DNA of 64,000 nucleotides from Eledone cirrhosa. Taxonomy: Eukaryota. Positions 52,921 through 64,000 of this stretch are shown here, in pieces. The stretch is from assembly GCA_964016885.1 (NCBI GenBank), contig OZ024743.1, positions 166,966,001-167,030,000 of the forward strand. Reading direction: 5' to 3'. Each line of letters opens with the position of its first letter. The first letter of the stretch is position 1. Under the pieces are notes generated by a model, which saw only the letters and a list, made by a program, of their open reading frames with translations, did no database searches and was not told the origin of the DNA. The position numbers and the translations under genes are program-made.

Positions 52921-53512
52921 CTAGTCTCAAGTCTTTACCGTTTCAGAGCTCTAAGGGGGGGGGGGTGGAGCAAGGGGACATTAGAGGGGCGTTTGAAGAT
53001 TTGTGGGGCGCTAGAGGGGCGCAGGAAGCCCCTTTAGTTTGGTAAGTTTTATAAGACATATTTGTACGTCTCTTAGACAGCCAGTGTGAATGCATTTGAA
53101 TGAAGAAAACGAAGAAAATAAATAAAAGAAGCTTATCAACGAATTCCCTAGGGAGATAAAAAGAAAAACAAAGGATATCAAAGAAAATGAAAATAAGGAC
53201 GTCAACTTTTACAACAGTTACAAGAACAACAGAAACGACAAGAATAAGAAGTAATGGTGGTGAATGGTGTGGGTGTATACATATACGTACATACATATGA
53301 ACATACACATGGTATTTAATCTCCCTAGGTAATAAAATCTGGAGACAAAAATGTTCTCCTTACCAAAAAAACAACATAAATCATGTCAACATCCTTACAC
53401 ACTTAAATATAAATGCATGTATATATATAAATGCATGTATATATACAAATGTATAAATACATAGCTATATACATACGTAAATATATGTATGTATATATGT
53501 ACATATGTATGT

Positions 53513-53552
<40 letters not shown>

Positions 53553-53561
53553 CTACGTACT

Positions 53562-53593
<32 letters not shown>

Positions 53594-53759
53594 AATATAT
53601 ATAAATATATATCTACATACATACATACATTTACGTATGTATATAGCTATGCATTTATGTGTGTAAGGATATATTTATATATAACGAAGGAAGTGTGGTA
53701 AGGAAACAGATGGACAATAACGCACCAGAGTACTCAATACTTAAGGTAGTAGATTGGGT

Positions 53760-53876
53760 AATAGGAAAAAGTTTGACCCTGACGGCAGAGCTCAAGCCGT
53801 TTCGACAGCTATTTCTAGTCCAGAAATAGCCATCGAAACGGCTTGAGATCTGCCATCGGGGTCAAACTTTTTCCTA
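53760..53876. repeat. Fold-back repeat (~55-bp arms) of a family also present at 28820-28950
   Basis: taggaaaaagtttgaccc...gctatttct|agtcc|agaaatagc...gggtcaaactttttccta. Confidence 0.85.
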
Positions 53877-53887
53877 TATATATATAT

Positions 53888-54125
53888 GCGCCGTGTGACA
53901 AGAAGCTAGCTTCCCAACCACATGATTCCGGGTTCAGTCCCACTGTCCGGGCCGACCAAAGCCCTGTAAGTGGATTTGATAGACCGAAACTAAAAGAAGC
54001 CCGTCGTATATATGTATATATGTCTGTGTGTGTCTTTGTGTTTTCCCTCCCACCAATGCTTGTTGGTTTGTTGACGTCCCCATAACCTACCAAGGTGATG
54101 CTCCAGCATGGGCGTAGTCCAGAGA
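53888..54125 (+). mobile_element. tRNA-derived SINE, octopus-type
   Basis: A/B-box-like head (gcttcccaaccacatg..gggttcagtccc) then gccgaccaaagcc..gtggatttg..gaagcccgtcgtatat. Confidence 0.7.
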
Positions 54126-54164
54126 CAGAAAAAAAGTAAAGTATATGTGTGTGTGTGTGTAGAA

Positions 54165-54570
54165 GAGGGGTCTCAAACTCAAGGACACAAAAGGGCCATT
54201 ACGTCCTGGAGGAGGGGCACAGTGGTAAAAACGTGGTGGTGGGTGAAGTTTTTCACCAGTTATAATCATTTTTACTATAAGAACAAGGCATGAAATTTGG
54301 GGTTTAGGGTTCAGTCGGTTTACATCGATCCTAGTACACAACTGGTACTTAATTCATTGACCCCCAAAAGGATGAAAGCAAAGTTGAGATCGGCAAAATT
54401 TGAACTCAGAATGTAAAAACGTAAGAAGTACCGCTAAGCATTTTGACAGATGTGCTAACGATTCCACCAGCTCACTGCCTTATTTTCGCCAGTTATAATG
54501 CAATATGAAATATTGGTTCTACCACGAGCCACAGAAAAGAAGTTCGCGAGCCGCATGTTTGAGCCCCCTG
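54165..54570. mobile_element. hAT-type MITE with a nested Meta-domain-like SINE (54300-54480, minus)
   Basis: TIR-like aggggtctcaaac / gtttgagccccctg; SINE ggtact..gacccc.aaaggatgaaag..atttgaactcag. Confidence 0.6.
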
Positions 54571-54661
54571 TTGGAGATAGATAGATACATAGATAGACAA
54601 GTACCAAACACACACACACAGACATTTCTTACTCTCTCTGTCCCTCCCTCTTTCTCTCTTC

Positions 54662-54691
<30 letters not shown>

Positions 54692-54692
<1 letters not shown>

Positions 54693-57065
54693 CGTTTGAA
54701 TATGTGTAATAAGGCCAAAACAATGCAGTTATGGACATAGAAAAAGGAATGCAATAGTGAAAGATATTGATGAGAATTCGTCTTTCACCTTGAATTTATT
54801 TAAATGTCCTTAATTTTCGAGATAATATCTCTTCTTCGGAGGGAAGTAAAGGTCTCAAACCAGCGTCTTTAAATCTCTAGCCAAGCCATGCTGACCGGAA
54901 ATAGTATAGAGTATCTGTTCTAACTCTAATATCAAAGAATTAAAATCAGGTGGATAAAGAGTAGTCTCCCTTTAAGAGGGGTTTGTTTAGGGTTTTTTTT
55001 TTTTTGTTTTTTTTTTAATTTTATATACGTGCCTGTATATGTGTGTGGGAGAATGCATGAAGGTGTAGGTATGTGGGTGTGTGTGTGTGTGTGAGTGTGG
55101 AAAGATAGGTCTAATCGTAAAAGTGGGGGGTAGGTGTTATCTGGTGTTAGAACTGGTTTTGTGTGTGTATGTGTGAGAGAGAATAAGTGGAGGTGTAAGC
55201 GTGTGTGTGTGTGGGGTGTGTAAAAATGGGGCTAGAGGCCCTATCAGGTTATAAATTGGGTGTTGAGCTCTAGTCTATTATTGATTGGTGGATGTGTTCT
55301 ATCTATAATAAGTGCTTCCTTAATTCTAAGATTGCCAAGGTTTCTTTCCTTAGTTTCTATCCTAACTGTTATGTTTTTATCGGTGTTTTTGCATTTAACT
55401 AGGTGTTTCTTAAATGAGGAAGCGTTAGTATTGAGGTGTTCTTTTATTCTTATGTGGAGTGGTCTGGTGGTGCTACCTACGTAGAAGTTGTTGCATTTGT
55501 CACACTCTAGTCTGTATACTACGTAAGCCTGGTGGCATAGGTCTGTGTCGTTGATGGGGCAGTTGGCTAGTCTGCAGCAGTTGTCATGTCTGGTGGAGTG
55601 TCTCTTGGCCAGCCGTCCGCGCAGAGAAGGACCCGAGTGGGCCAGTTGGATATCCAGTCCCTCTCGTCTGATGGCTCTGCGGATGGCTGTTGTTGTTTCT
55701 TCACTGAAGTGTGGGAGCTTCAGGAAGCAAGTGTTAGTGCCTCGGGTGTGGTGTCCTCTGTTCTTTCTGGCACGGTTTGTGGTGGATGTCGTGTATCCGT
55801 TCAGTTTGAGTACTTCCAGGAAATGTGTGGTGTGTGTGTCTCGGTCTCTGGCGTCGGTGCATTTGTTCTTGATACGTGCCAGTTCGTTCTTTATGTATCC
55901 GAACTTGGCACCGAGTGGGAGGGCCGATCTGAAATGTACGAACAGGTGCCTGCTGGCGGATTTTTTATAGAAGCAGGTGTGGATGTTGCCTTCCTCTGTT
56001 ACCCTGAGTTAGAAGTCCAGTAGGGATAGGGATCCGCGGTCATCGGGGTGTTCCATGCTGAACTTTATACTGGCATCCATGCTGGAGAATGTTCTCTGCG
56101 CGGACGGCTGGCCAAGAGACACTCCACCAGACATGACAACTGCTGCAGACTAGCCAACTGCCCCATCAACGACACTGACCTATGCCACCAGGCTTACGTA
56201 GTATACAGACTAGAGTGTGACAAATGCAACAACTTCTACGTAGGTAGCACCACCAGACCACTCCACATAAGAATAAAAGAACACCTCAATACTAACGCTT
56301 CCTCATTTAAGAAACACCTAGTTAAATGCAAAAACACCGATAAAAACATAACAGTTAGGATAGAAACTAAGGAAAGAAACCTTGGCAATCTTAGAATTAA
56401 GGAAGCACTTATTATAGATAGAACACATCCACCAATCAATAATAGACTAGAGCTCAACACCCAATTTATAACCTGATAGGGCCTCTAGCCCCATTTTTAC
56501 ACACCCCACACACACGCACGCGCACACACACACGCTTACACCTCCACTTATTCTCTCTCACACATACACACACAAAACCAGTTCTAACACCAGATAACAC
56601 CTACCCCCCACTTTTACGATTAGACCTATCTTTCCACACTCACACACACACACACCCACATACCTACACCTTCATGCATTCTCCCACACACATATACAGG
56701 CACGTATATAAAATTTAAAAAAAACAAAAAAAAAAAAACCCTAAACAAACCCCTCTTAAAGGGAGACTACTCTTTATCCACCTGATTTTAATTCTTTGAT
56801 ATTAGAGTTAGAACAGATACTCTATACTATTTCCGGTCAGCATGGCTTGGCTAGAGATTTAAAGACGCTGGTTTGAGACCTTTACTTCCCTCTCTAAAAT
56901 GCTCGGTTAGCATATTAGCGAAGAAGAGATATTATCTCGAAAATTAAGGACATTTAAATAAATTCAAGGTGAAAGACGAATTCTCATCAATATCTTTCAC
57001 TATTGCATTCCTTTTTCTATGTCCATAACTGCATTGTTTTGGCCTTATTACACATATTCAAACGT
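54692..57065. mobile_element. PLE in inverted (divergent) arrangement: arms 54692-55628 and 56092-57065, RT-thumb spacer on minus strand
   Basis: ORF 56048-56476 VVYRLECDKCNNFYVGSTTRPLHIRIKEH..IKEA..IN; arms near-identical reverse complements. Confidence 0.93.
54807..54843 (-). ncRNA. Variant minimal hammerhead motif (CCGAAGA core)
   Basis: cct-CCGAAGA-a-gagat-att-atctc-GAAA-AT-TA-agg, in sense orientation to the PLE. Confidence 0.45.
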
Positions 57066-57859
57066 TTATACCTCATTACACAATGCTTCAAGTGAACTAT
57101 AACCTCCTCCATATATATATATATATATATATATATATGGTGTTGTCGAAAAGAGCAGTGGCCTTTGACCTGGCAATAAAAACTGGAGACAAAATTCTTT
57201 CTGTACCAAAACCAAGGCACACACACAGAAGTTTGTGTGTGTGTATGTATATGTGTGTGTGTGTGCGTGCGCATTTATGTGTGTGTGTGCGTGTGTATCT
57301 ATCTATGTATATATATGTAAGGGATACAGATATGGCTTTCTCACTGTCACCAAGCTTCTCGATTCATTCGTTGCTACTAAGTATTTTATTTTGCAAGGAA
57401 CTATTTTGACCTTGAGTTTGTGATTTCAGAGAAAGGTAAGAAATTCTTCATATTTTGAATCTTTTGTATTTTGACTTTACAGTTTGAATTGTAGAATTGT
57501 CTATCCACTCAAAATACTACAACAGCTAACAGTGAAAAATAGAATTTAAAAAAAAAAAAGCTTTTTCGACTGAGATCAAATCTTTGAGAACATTCACGTC
57601 AATTTTTCAAAAATATATAATTTGAAATAGTTCGCTTTTGTTTTGGACTGAAACTTTTTTGTATTTAATTCATACAAGTATTTTTTAAAGATTCTAACAT
57701 AACTTGATTTGGCCCAGTAATCTAGTGATATCAAACTCAGTAGTATATTGAAAAACGGAAAAATAGGGTAGGATGGGGGGGGGGGGGGGGGGGGGGGCAT
57801 TTCGTGATTTCGAGGGGTGTTTGGCCGAAATAGGTTGAGAAGTTTTGTGCTAGAGTAAT

Positions 57860-60250
57860 TGAAACAAGTTGTTTTCCACCAAAAAAAGAAAGTCTAACTC
57901 GTTTCGAGGAGTAGAATTGAAAAGAAGAGGGGAAATATCTTTACTGAATGAGCTAATCTCTGGAAATGATGTAAGATCCAGGAAGGGAAGAAAGCTAAAG
58001 AGAAAATAGGGACTTTCTTCTAGAGAAATACTAATATCAACAAAGGAAACTCTGAAACAAAAAGTCTAAGTAAAAGCTCAATTAATTCGTAGATTCGAGA
58101 AGCGAAACTTCTTCAGGCAAAATAAGTTGCTCACATTCAATGCCATGTCATTCTATAGAGAAATAGGGAAGGAGAAAATAATTATTGAAGACCCTCCTTC
58201 CATGAAAGAAGTTGAAAACTTTTGGAGAAAGATTTGGAGTGATGAGAGGTCATATAATGCTAATGTAGATTGGATTTGTTACCTGGAAAAATCCTACACA
58301 AATTTACAAGGACAGGCATGGGAAGACATCTCTATAAAAGACTTAAGGACAGCACTCAATAAAACTCATAAGTGGAAATCTCCTGGTAGAGACAGGGTGC
58401 CAAATTTCTGGCTTTCCTCACTCCCGTACATTCACAATATATTAGTCAAGCTGTTCAATGGAATTATGATCCAAAAGATACAAAAAATACACCTGACTGG
58501 ATAGCAAGTGGCCTTACTTACCTTCTCCCAAAGAACAATGAAACTAAGGATTAAAAAAACTATTGGCCCATAACCTGCTTGTCCACCACTTATAAGCTAT
58601 ATTCTCATAGAGAAAGCATACGTGTTTATGGAGCAGAACAATCTTTTCCGCATTGAACAAGGGTGCCGATGAGGTTCATATGGTTGTAAAGATCAACTCT
58701 TGATTAATCATATGATCTTTGAGAAATGACATAATAAACACAGAAATCTCAGTTCTACATTGATCGATTACAAAAAAGCTTTTGACAGTATACCGCACTC
58801 ATGGATTCTGAAAATCACTGGACATCTTCAAAATCTCACCTGTGATTTTAAACTTCCTGAAACCCAATATGTCATTGTGGAACACATATCTTCAATTATA
58901 TTATTCCAATGGAGTACTAATTTCTAAGAATATAAACATCAACTGTAACATTTTCTAAGGTGACTCACTTTCACCCTTACTTCTTTGCATAGCTTTAATA
59001 CCCCTTACATCCCTGAACTTAATAGAACAGGGTATAGTTACAAAGTTGCCAACAAGAAAATAAGCCACCTATTTTATATGGATCATTTAAAGCTATATTG
59101 CAAAGACAATGATGAGCTGAAAGGCCTTTTATGGACAGTAAAAACATTTAATGATGACATCAGGATGGTAATTGGACTTGATAAGTGTGCCAAAGCCACT
59201 TTCAAGAAGGGGAAGCTTGTCAATTCAAACTCACTTGAATTAGATGCTTAATCAGTCATAAAGGAACTTGAGCAGGAACAAACCTATAAATACTTAGGAA
59301 TTAATGAGAGCTCTGGCATTCAGTATGCAAGTATGAAAGAGAGGATAAGGAAGGAATGAGTAAACACAGTTCTGAAATCAGAACTAAATACTCACAACAA
59401 GGTGTTAGCCATAAATTCCTTGGCAGTTCCAGTTGTCAAAAATATCCTACTGATCTCATGCTTGATACCCAGGTTAGACAGACTAAGGGAACTGTTGTAA
59501 CTGATGCTGCTAAGTATATAAAATTAATGGCAAAAGCAAAGGGGCAAGAACAATTAGCATCAACGTGGGAGCAGAAACTTCTGCATGGCAAATATGTGGC
59601 CTGTAGCAAACAAGCTGATGTTGACCAAAAGCACACCCATCAGTGGTACATAGCTCAGGGCTTAAAGCAGAGAATGAAGGTGCCTTACTGATACGGAATT
59701 ACCAGGCCAATGTGATGAGAAATGAAGTAAATCCAAAGTGCCGATTCTGCAATGATGAGGTTGAAACAGTGGACCACTTAATTTCTGTATGTAAAGTTTT
59801 AGCACCAATAGAGTAAAAATCTAGACATGACAGAGTTGGCCAATATCAACACTGGGTAATATCGCGGCATTATAAAATCAAAGCTGCAGACAAGTGGTTC
59901 AATCATCACCCTGAGGCTGTAACTGAAGGAGAAAAAGTAATAATTCTTCGGGACTTTCCTGTACATACTGACCAGACCATAAAAGCTAATAGACCAGATT
60001 GTAAAAGACCAACATAGCATCCCATGTGATCACAATATCACGGCAAAAGAATATGACAAGCTAAGAAAATATAAACATCTGCTTATTGAAATTGAAAACA
60101 TGTGGCGCCTCAAGGCCGTGACAATACCAATGATTGTGGGAGCACTGGGAATGATCAAGAAAGGAACAGAACAGTATTTGAGAATGATCCCTGGTTTACC
60201 CTCTCTGAAAAAGGTACAAAAAATTGTTTTGACTGGTACTGCACATGTAC
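57860..60250 (+). mobile_element. Decayed R4/Dong-clade LINE, second family
   Basis: WKSPGRDRVPNFW, GCKDQLLI, YKKAFDSIPHSW, HLFYMDHLKLY, GLDKCAK, CRFC..ETVDHLISVC, terminal VGALG..QK.VLTGTAH. Confidence 0.88.
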
Positions 60251-60376
60251 ATGAGTGTGTGTATGTGCATGCTTGGATATCTTTTATTTAGATGTATGTA
60301 TATGTATGTGCATGTATGTTTGTGTGTATATGTGTATGTGAGTATGTATGTGTGTGTATATATATATATATATATA

Positions 60377-61348
60377 TGATAAACACAAAACGTGTTTGCA
60401 TTGCAACAGACAAAGTTAGCTATTAATGAAATAAACTAATTAAAGTGAATACAATTTGTCTGTCTCGATATAAGTCAATAAAGACAAGCTTATATTGGCA
60501 ACGGCCATGATTCCTGGACAGATTTAAATTTCAAAATCCAAACCTGTTCCGTAGACGAATTTGAACCTCGAAACCTAAATCCGTTTCGCAACGGTGGTAT
60601 GTGAATTGAAAAATAAAGAAAATCGAAATGGAATTGAAATAAAAAGTGAAATATCCAAATCTTCTGTGCTTATCAACAGGAATCCAGTAAAATTAGTACA
60701 TCTCACATCAAAAATTTTCGGAAATGCTCCTTTTCTTGGAGCTTGATTATTGTAAACGACTGAGAGTTTATTCTCAAAATATTATATAGTATATTGCTCC
60801 TTAACTGTAGAGCTGATCTTTAATCCCGCATAAACGGCTGTTATTTCTAGCACCGTGAATGTGGGATAGCTAGTTTGGCCTGTCTACACACGTGTAGTCA
60901 GACCTGCAAAATTTTTGATGTGAGATGTACTAATTTTACTGGATTCCTGTTGATAAGCACAGAAGATTTGGATATTTCACTTTTTATTTCAATTCCATTT
61001 CGATTTTCTTTATTTTTCAATTCACATACCACCGTTGCGAAACGGATTTAGGTTTCAAGGTTCAAATTCGTCTACGGAACAAGTTTGGATTTTGAAATTT
61101 AAATCTGTCCAGGAATCATGGCCGTTGCCAATATAAGCTTGTCTTTATTGACTTATATCGAGACAGACAAATTGTATTCACTTTAATTAGTTTATTTCAT
61201 TAATAGCTAACTTTGTCTGTTGCAATGCAAACACGTTTTGTGTTTATCATATATTTTAATGTATTTAACTGCTCGGAAATGCCCCTTTTCTTGGAGCTTG
61301 ATTATTGTAAACAACTGAGAGTTTATTCTCAAAATATAATATAGTATA
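60377..61348. repeat. ~340-bp inverted repeat (60377-60718/60908-61250) plus a 75-bp direct repeat (60718-60793/61274-61348)
   Basis: Arms are near-perfect reverse complements; tcggaaatgc..cttttcttggagcttgattattgtaaac duplicated. Confidence 0.9.
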
Positions 61349-61519
61349 TATATATATATATACATTTTTTTGTGTTTTTTTTTAAAGATGCAAATTAAAA
61401 TCAATGTGGTGTGTGAACTGGCTTACCAATGTATACAGTGAGTATATTTGCCCTAGGTGTCAGGAAGACCCTCAGCATATAATGGAAACAACGCTGAAGG
61501 AAAAGGAATAATAATTGTT

Positions 61520-61695
61520 TCTACTTTTGGCACAAGGCCAGCAATTACCCAGTGCATTACTGGTACTTTATTTTATCGACTGCGTAAGGATGAAAGGCAC
61601 AGTTAACCTCGGCGTGATTTGAACTCAGACCGTAAAGGGACGTAACTTTATGCTGCAAAGCATGGCGTCCGACCCTCTACCGATACTGCCAATCC
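61520..61695 (-). mobile_element. tRNA-derived Meta-domain-like SINE
   Basis: ctggtactt.ttttatcgac..aaggatgaaaggc..acctcggcg..atttgaactcag (B box on minus strand). Confidence 0.7.
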
Positions 61696-61744
61696 AAGAA
61701 GAAGAAGAAGAAGAAGAAGAAGAAGAAGAAGATTAACCGATCCC

Positions 61745-61948
61745 AGGATTGTTATAGGAGCACTAGAGTTTTCAAAGAGGGTTAAAGAACATTAGTCCAG
61801 CCCCCTTTTTTAGAACACTTCAAAAGGCATGCTTGCTGGGAATAACAAGAACCCTCCGATACGTCCTGAATAGCTGAGGCTGCAGGTAGCGGCTTGATGT
61901 TCATTTGGACAAACTTTCCAGTTAAATAACATCAATGACTGAGACTCC
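61745..61948 (+). mobile_element. 3'-end fragment of the R4/Dong family seen at 47-49.6 kb
   Basis: Matches 49350-49563 (acacttcaaaaggcatgcttgctgggaa...atgactgagactc). Confidence 0.85.
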
Positions 61949-64000
61949 AATAATAATAATAATAATAATAATTTCTTTATTAACCACAAGGGTTGACACA
62001 AAGCATAACATTAAAGACAGCACAGGACAGTACAAATGGAAGTTTATGCATGTAAAAACAAATACATAAAACAAAAACAAAGAATGTAACAAAAAAAAAT
62101 GAAACAAAAGAAAATTCCCCAATAGGGGGAGACTTCCAAGAGTCACTTTTGGAGAAAACCCATAAAAATCCACGGTGACCCTGATCACAAGGGTAATTGC
62201 CCTCTCCCAGTTTCCCACCTCCAATCAACAGGTGCATACTCAGAGCAGGCCCATGCTCGCCTCTCTCACCCATCTTTCAATAAACTGCTGGGAAGTTAAT
62301 CAGGGCTTCAACGAAAAGGTAAGTGCTCGTCTTCATCCCTTTCAAACATGTCCACCACACAAACTCTTTCGCCATGGTCACTAGGCAGATAAAAACTGCC
62401 TACCCTTTCTGGCTAAAGGAAGGCAGTAGAGTAATCCTCACGATGGACTCAGTTGATAGCCGGATCTATCCTACACATAACAGCAAGTGCTCGACATAAA
62501 CCCACAAGTCAGTAGATCTCAGGCACTGGATGATTGCATGCATCTCGGACAGGCTCGGCTGATGGCACTTCCATGTTTGTAGAGCTTAACTCAAACTGGC
62601 AAAGCCCCTCAGTAACACTGCCTGGCCTAGGATTTCTGGAAATTATCCATTGGCTCTGGACTGAAAGTCCTCCCAAAAGGAGTGGCGAGTTGATTTTCAT
62701 AGATGTCTATGAGTTTCCCCAAGAGTGTTATTGCTTTCATCCGCCACTAACCCTTTATAGAACACCAAGGTCGAGTTTCCAATGAGCATACTGCCTGATT
62801 GGTGGAGGGCTATGAGTGCTTGAAGACAGTCCAGTTTCCAAGCGCACCCCCTCGGTCTCTGCTTGACCCAGTACTGCAGCTCCGTTAAGGAGACGAGCTG
62901 GGGGAACATGTGTCTGGTGAACGGCAACCACACCTGTTCAACCGTTAACAAAAGGATGGAGATGCCGTGGCTTTAGCGCATGTTTGCGCATCATCAGCCA
63001 CGGCAGTCCTCCATGCAGTGGGTGTAAACAGCAGATGGACTACTAGACCATCGGAACGCGTTGCTTCCACAAAAAGCGGAAGAACAAATGATGCGGTGAA
63101 GTCAGACAGGGTTTAGTACAAGGCACGGCAGTCAGGCGGAAGTAGATGATGGACGCGATGTACATGTTTGCCACCTATGCCATACCTTTCGTGAACAGCT
63201 TTCTCTCGGCCCATTTCTGTTCATCACCTCATCCCAGTTTTTATCCAATTGGAGGTCTGGACCAATCCATCTCCCGAGTAATTTAAGAGGTCCATCTGTC
63301 CAGCATCCAGCAATGCAGCTGGACGGCATGGACCTACCTTTCCCGGTGCCGAGTTGTAGGCTCACCGACTTTTCCTGGTTAATTTTCACTCCTGTTAGCA
63401 CTTCTTATTCCCTCAGAGCAGTGTCGATCACCTCAATGTGTTTGGTTCTCGACACTACAATAGTGACATCATAGGCATAAGCTGACACAGATCTTCCATG
63501 TCCTAGTTTGTGCGGGATGCCCCTCAACATCTCTAATTTGTGCAGTAGTGGCTCGAACAGGGACAAGAGTGGACAGCCTTGTTGGACTGAGTGCATAATA
63601 TTGAATGGTTCTGAGAGGTGACTGTTCACTACTACCAGAAAGCAATGTTGCTGTGCAGAGCTGCGATCCAAACTCTGAAAACATGCCCAAAGCCTGTTAC
63701 TATGAGGACTGTTGCCAGGTACTGATGGTCGATCCTGTTGAATGCTTTTGATTGATCTAAGTTGATCAGTGGCCCACCGATGCCAGGTTCCTTAGCCACC
63801 ATCTCTATGATGTGTCACATTATGTGGAGTTTGTCGTAGATGGATTTCTTGGGAGTGGCACATATCTGTGCTTCCTCTACCAGACCACCGACATGCACCA
63901 ACCTAGTCGCAAACACCTTGGGCAAAATTTTGAACTCAGCATTTAGTAGAGTTATGAGCCTAAAATAATCAATAAAATTCCATTTGTTCGGGTCATTTCT
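61949..64000 (-). mobile_element. Decayed Tx1/L1-type LINE, runs off the window
   Basis: Homologous to 50653-52095; RT remnants LDQSKAFNRIDH, VQQGCPL, AYAYDVT, KINQEKS. Confidence 0.88.

Noticed and set aside
53775-53860. ctgacgg...cgaaacgg as a hammerhead
   Set aside because: Core mismatch, and the pairing is explained by the fold-back itself
61428-61494. Minus-strand exon-like segment (ttccttcag...gtaagc)
   Set aside because: Translation shows no similarity to the expected TMEM184C upstream exons; no other support

Overview
Repeat-dense, AT- and microsatellite-rich animal genomic DNA, most likely an octopus/coleoid cephalopod (inferred from the SINE families). I can support only one host coding exon, a 203-nt TMEM184C-like exon on the minus strand (50442-50644). 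The rest is nested mobile DNA: at least three RTE LINE families (two near-complete copies lie head-to-head at 36.6-43.3 kb), several Penelope-like elements (PLEs; RT + GIY-YIG), R4/Dong-type and Tx1-type LINEs, three Helitrons with clear ends, a young non-coding LTR element with a tRNA-Trp primer site, mariner and hAT miniatures, and tRNA-derived SINEs. The most notable signal not shown by the ORF track is about 15 minimal type-I hammerhead ribozyme motifs from several distinct sequence families. Many sit in long fold-back inverted repeats as sense/antisense pairs, and one same-strand tandem pair could dimerise and excise a ~461-nt RNA. All calls are by eye; coordinates of degenerate elements are approximate.
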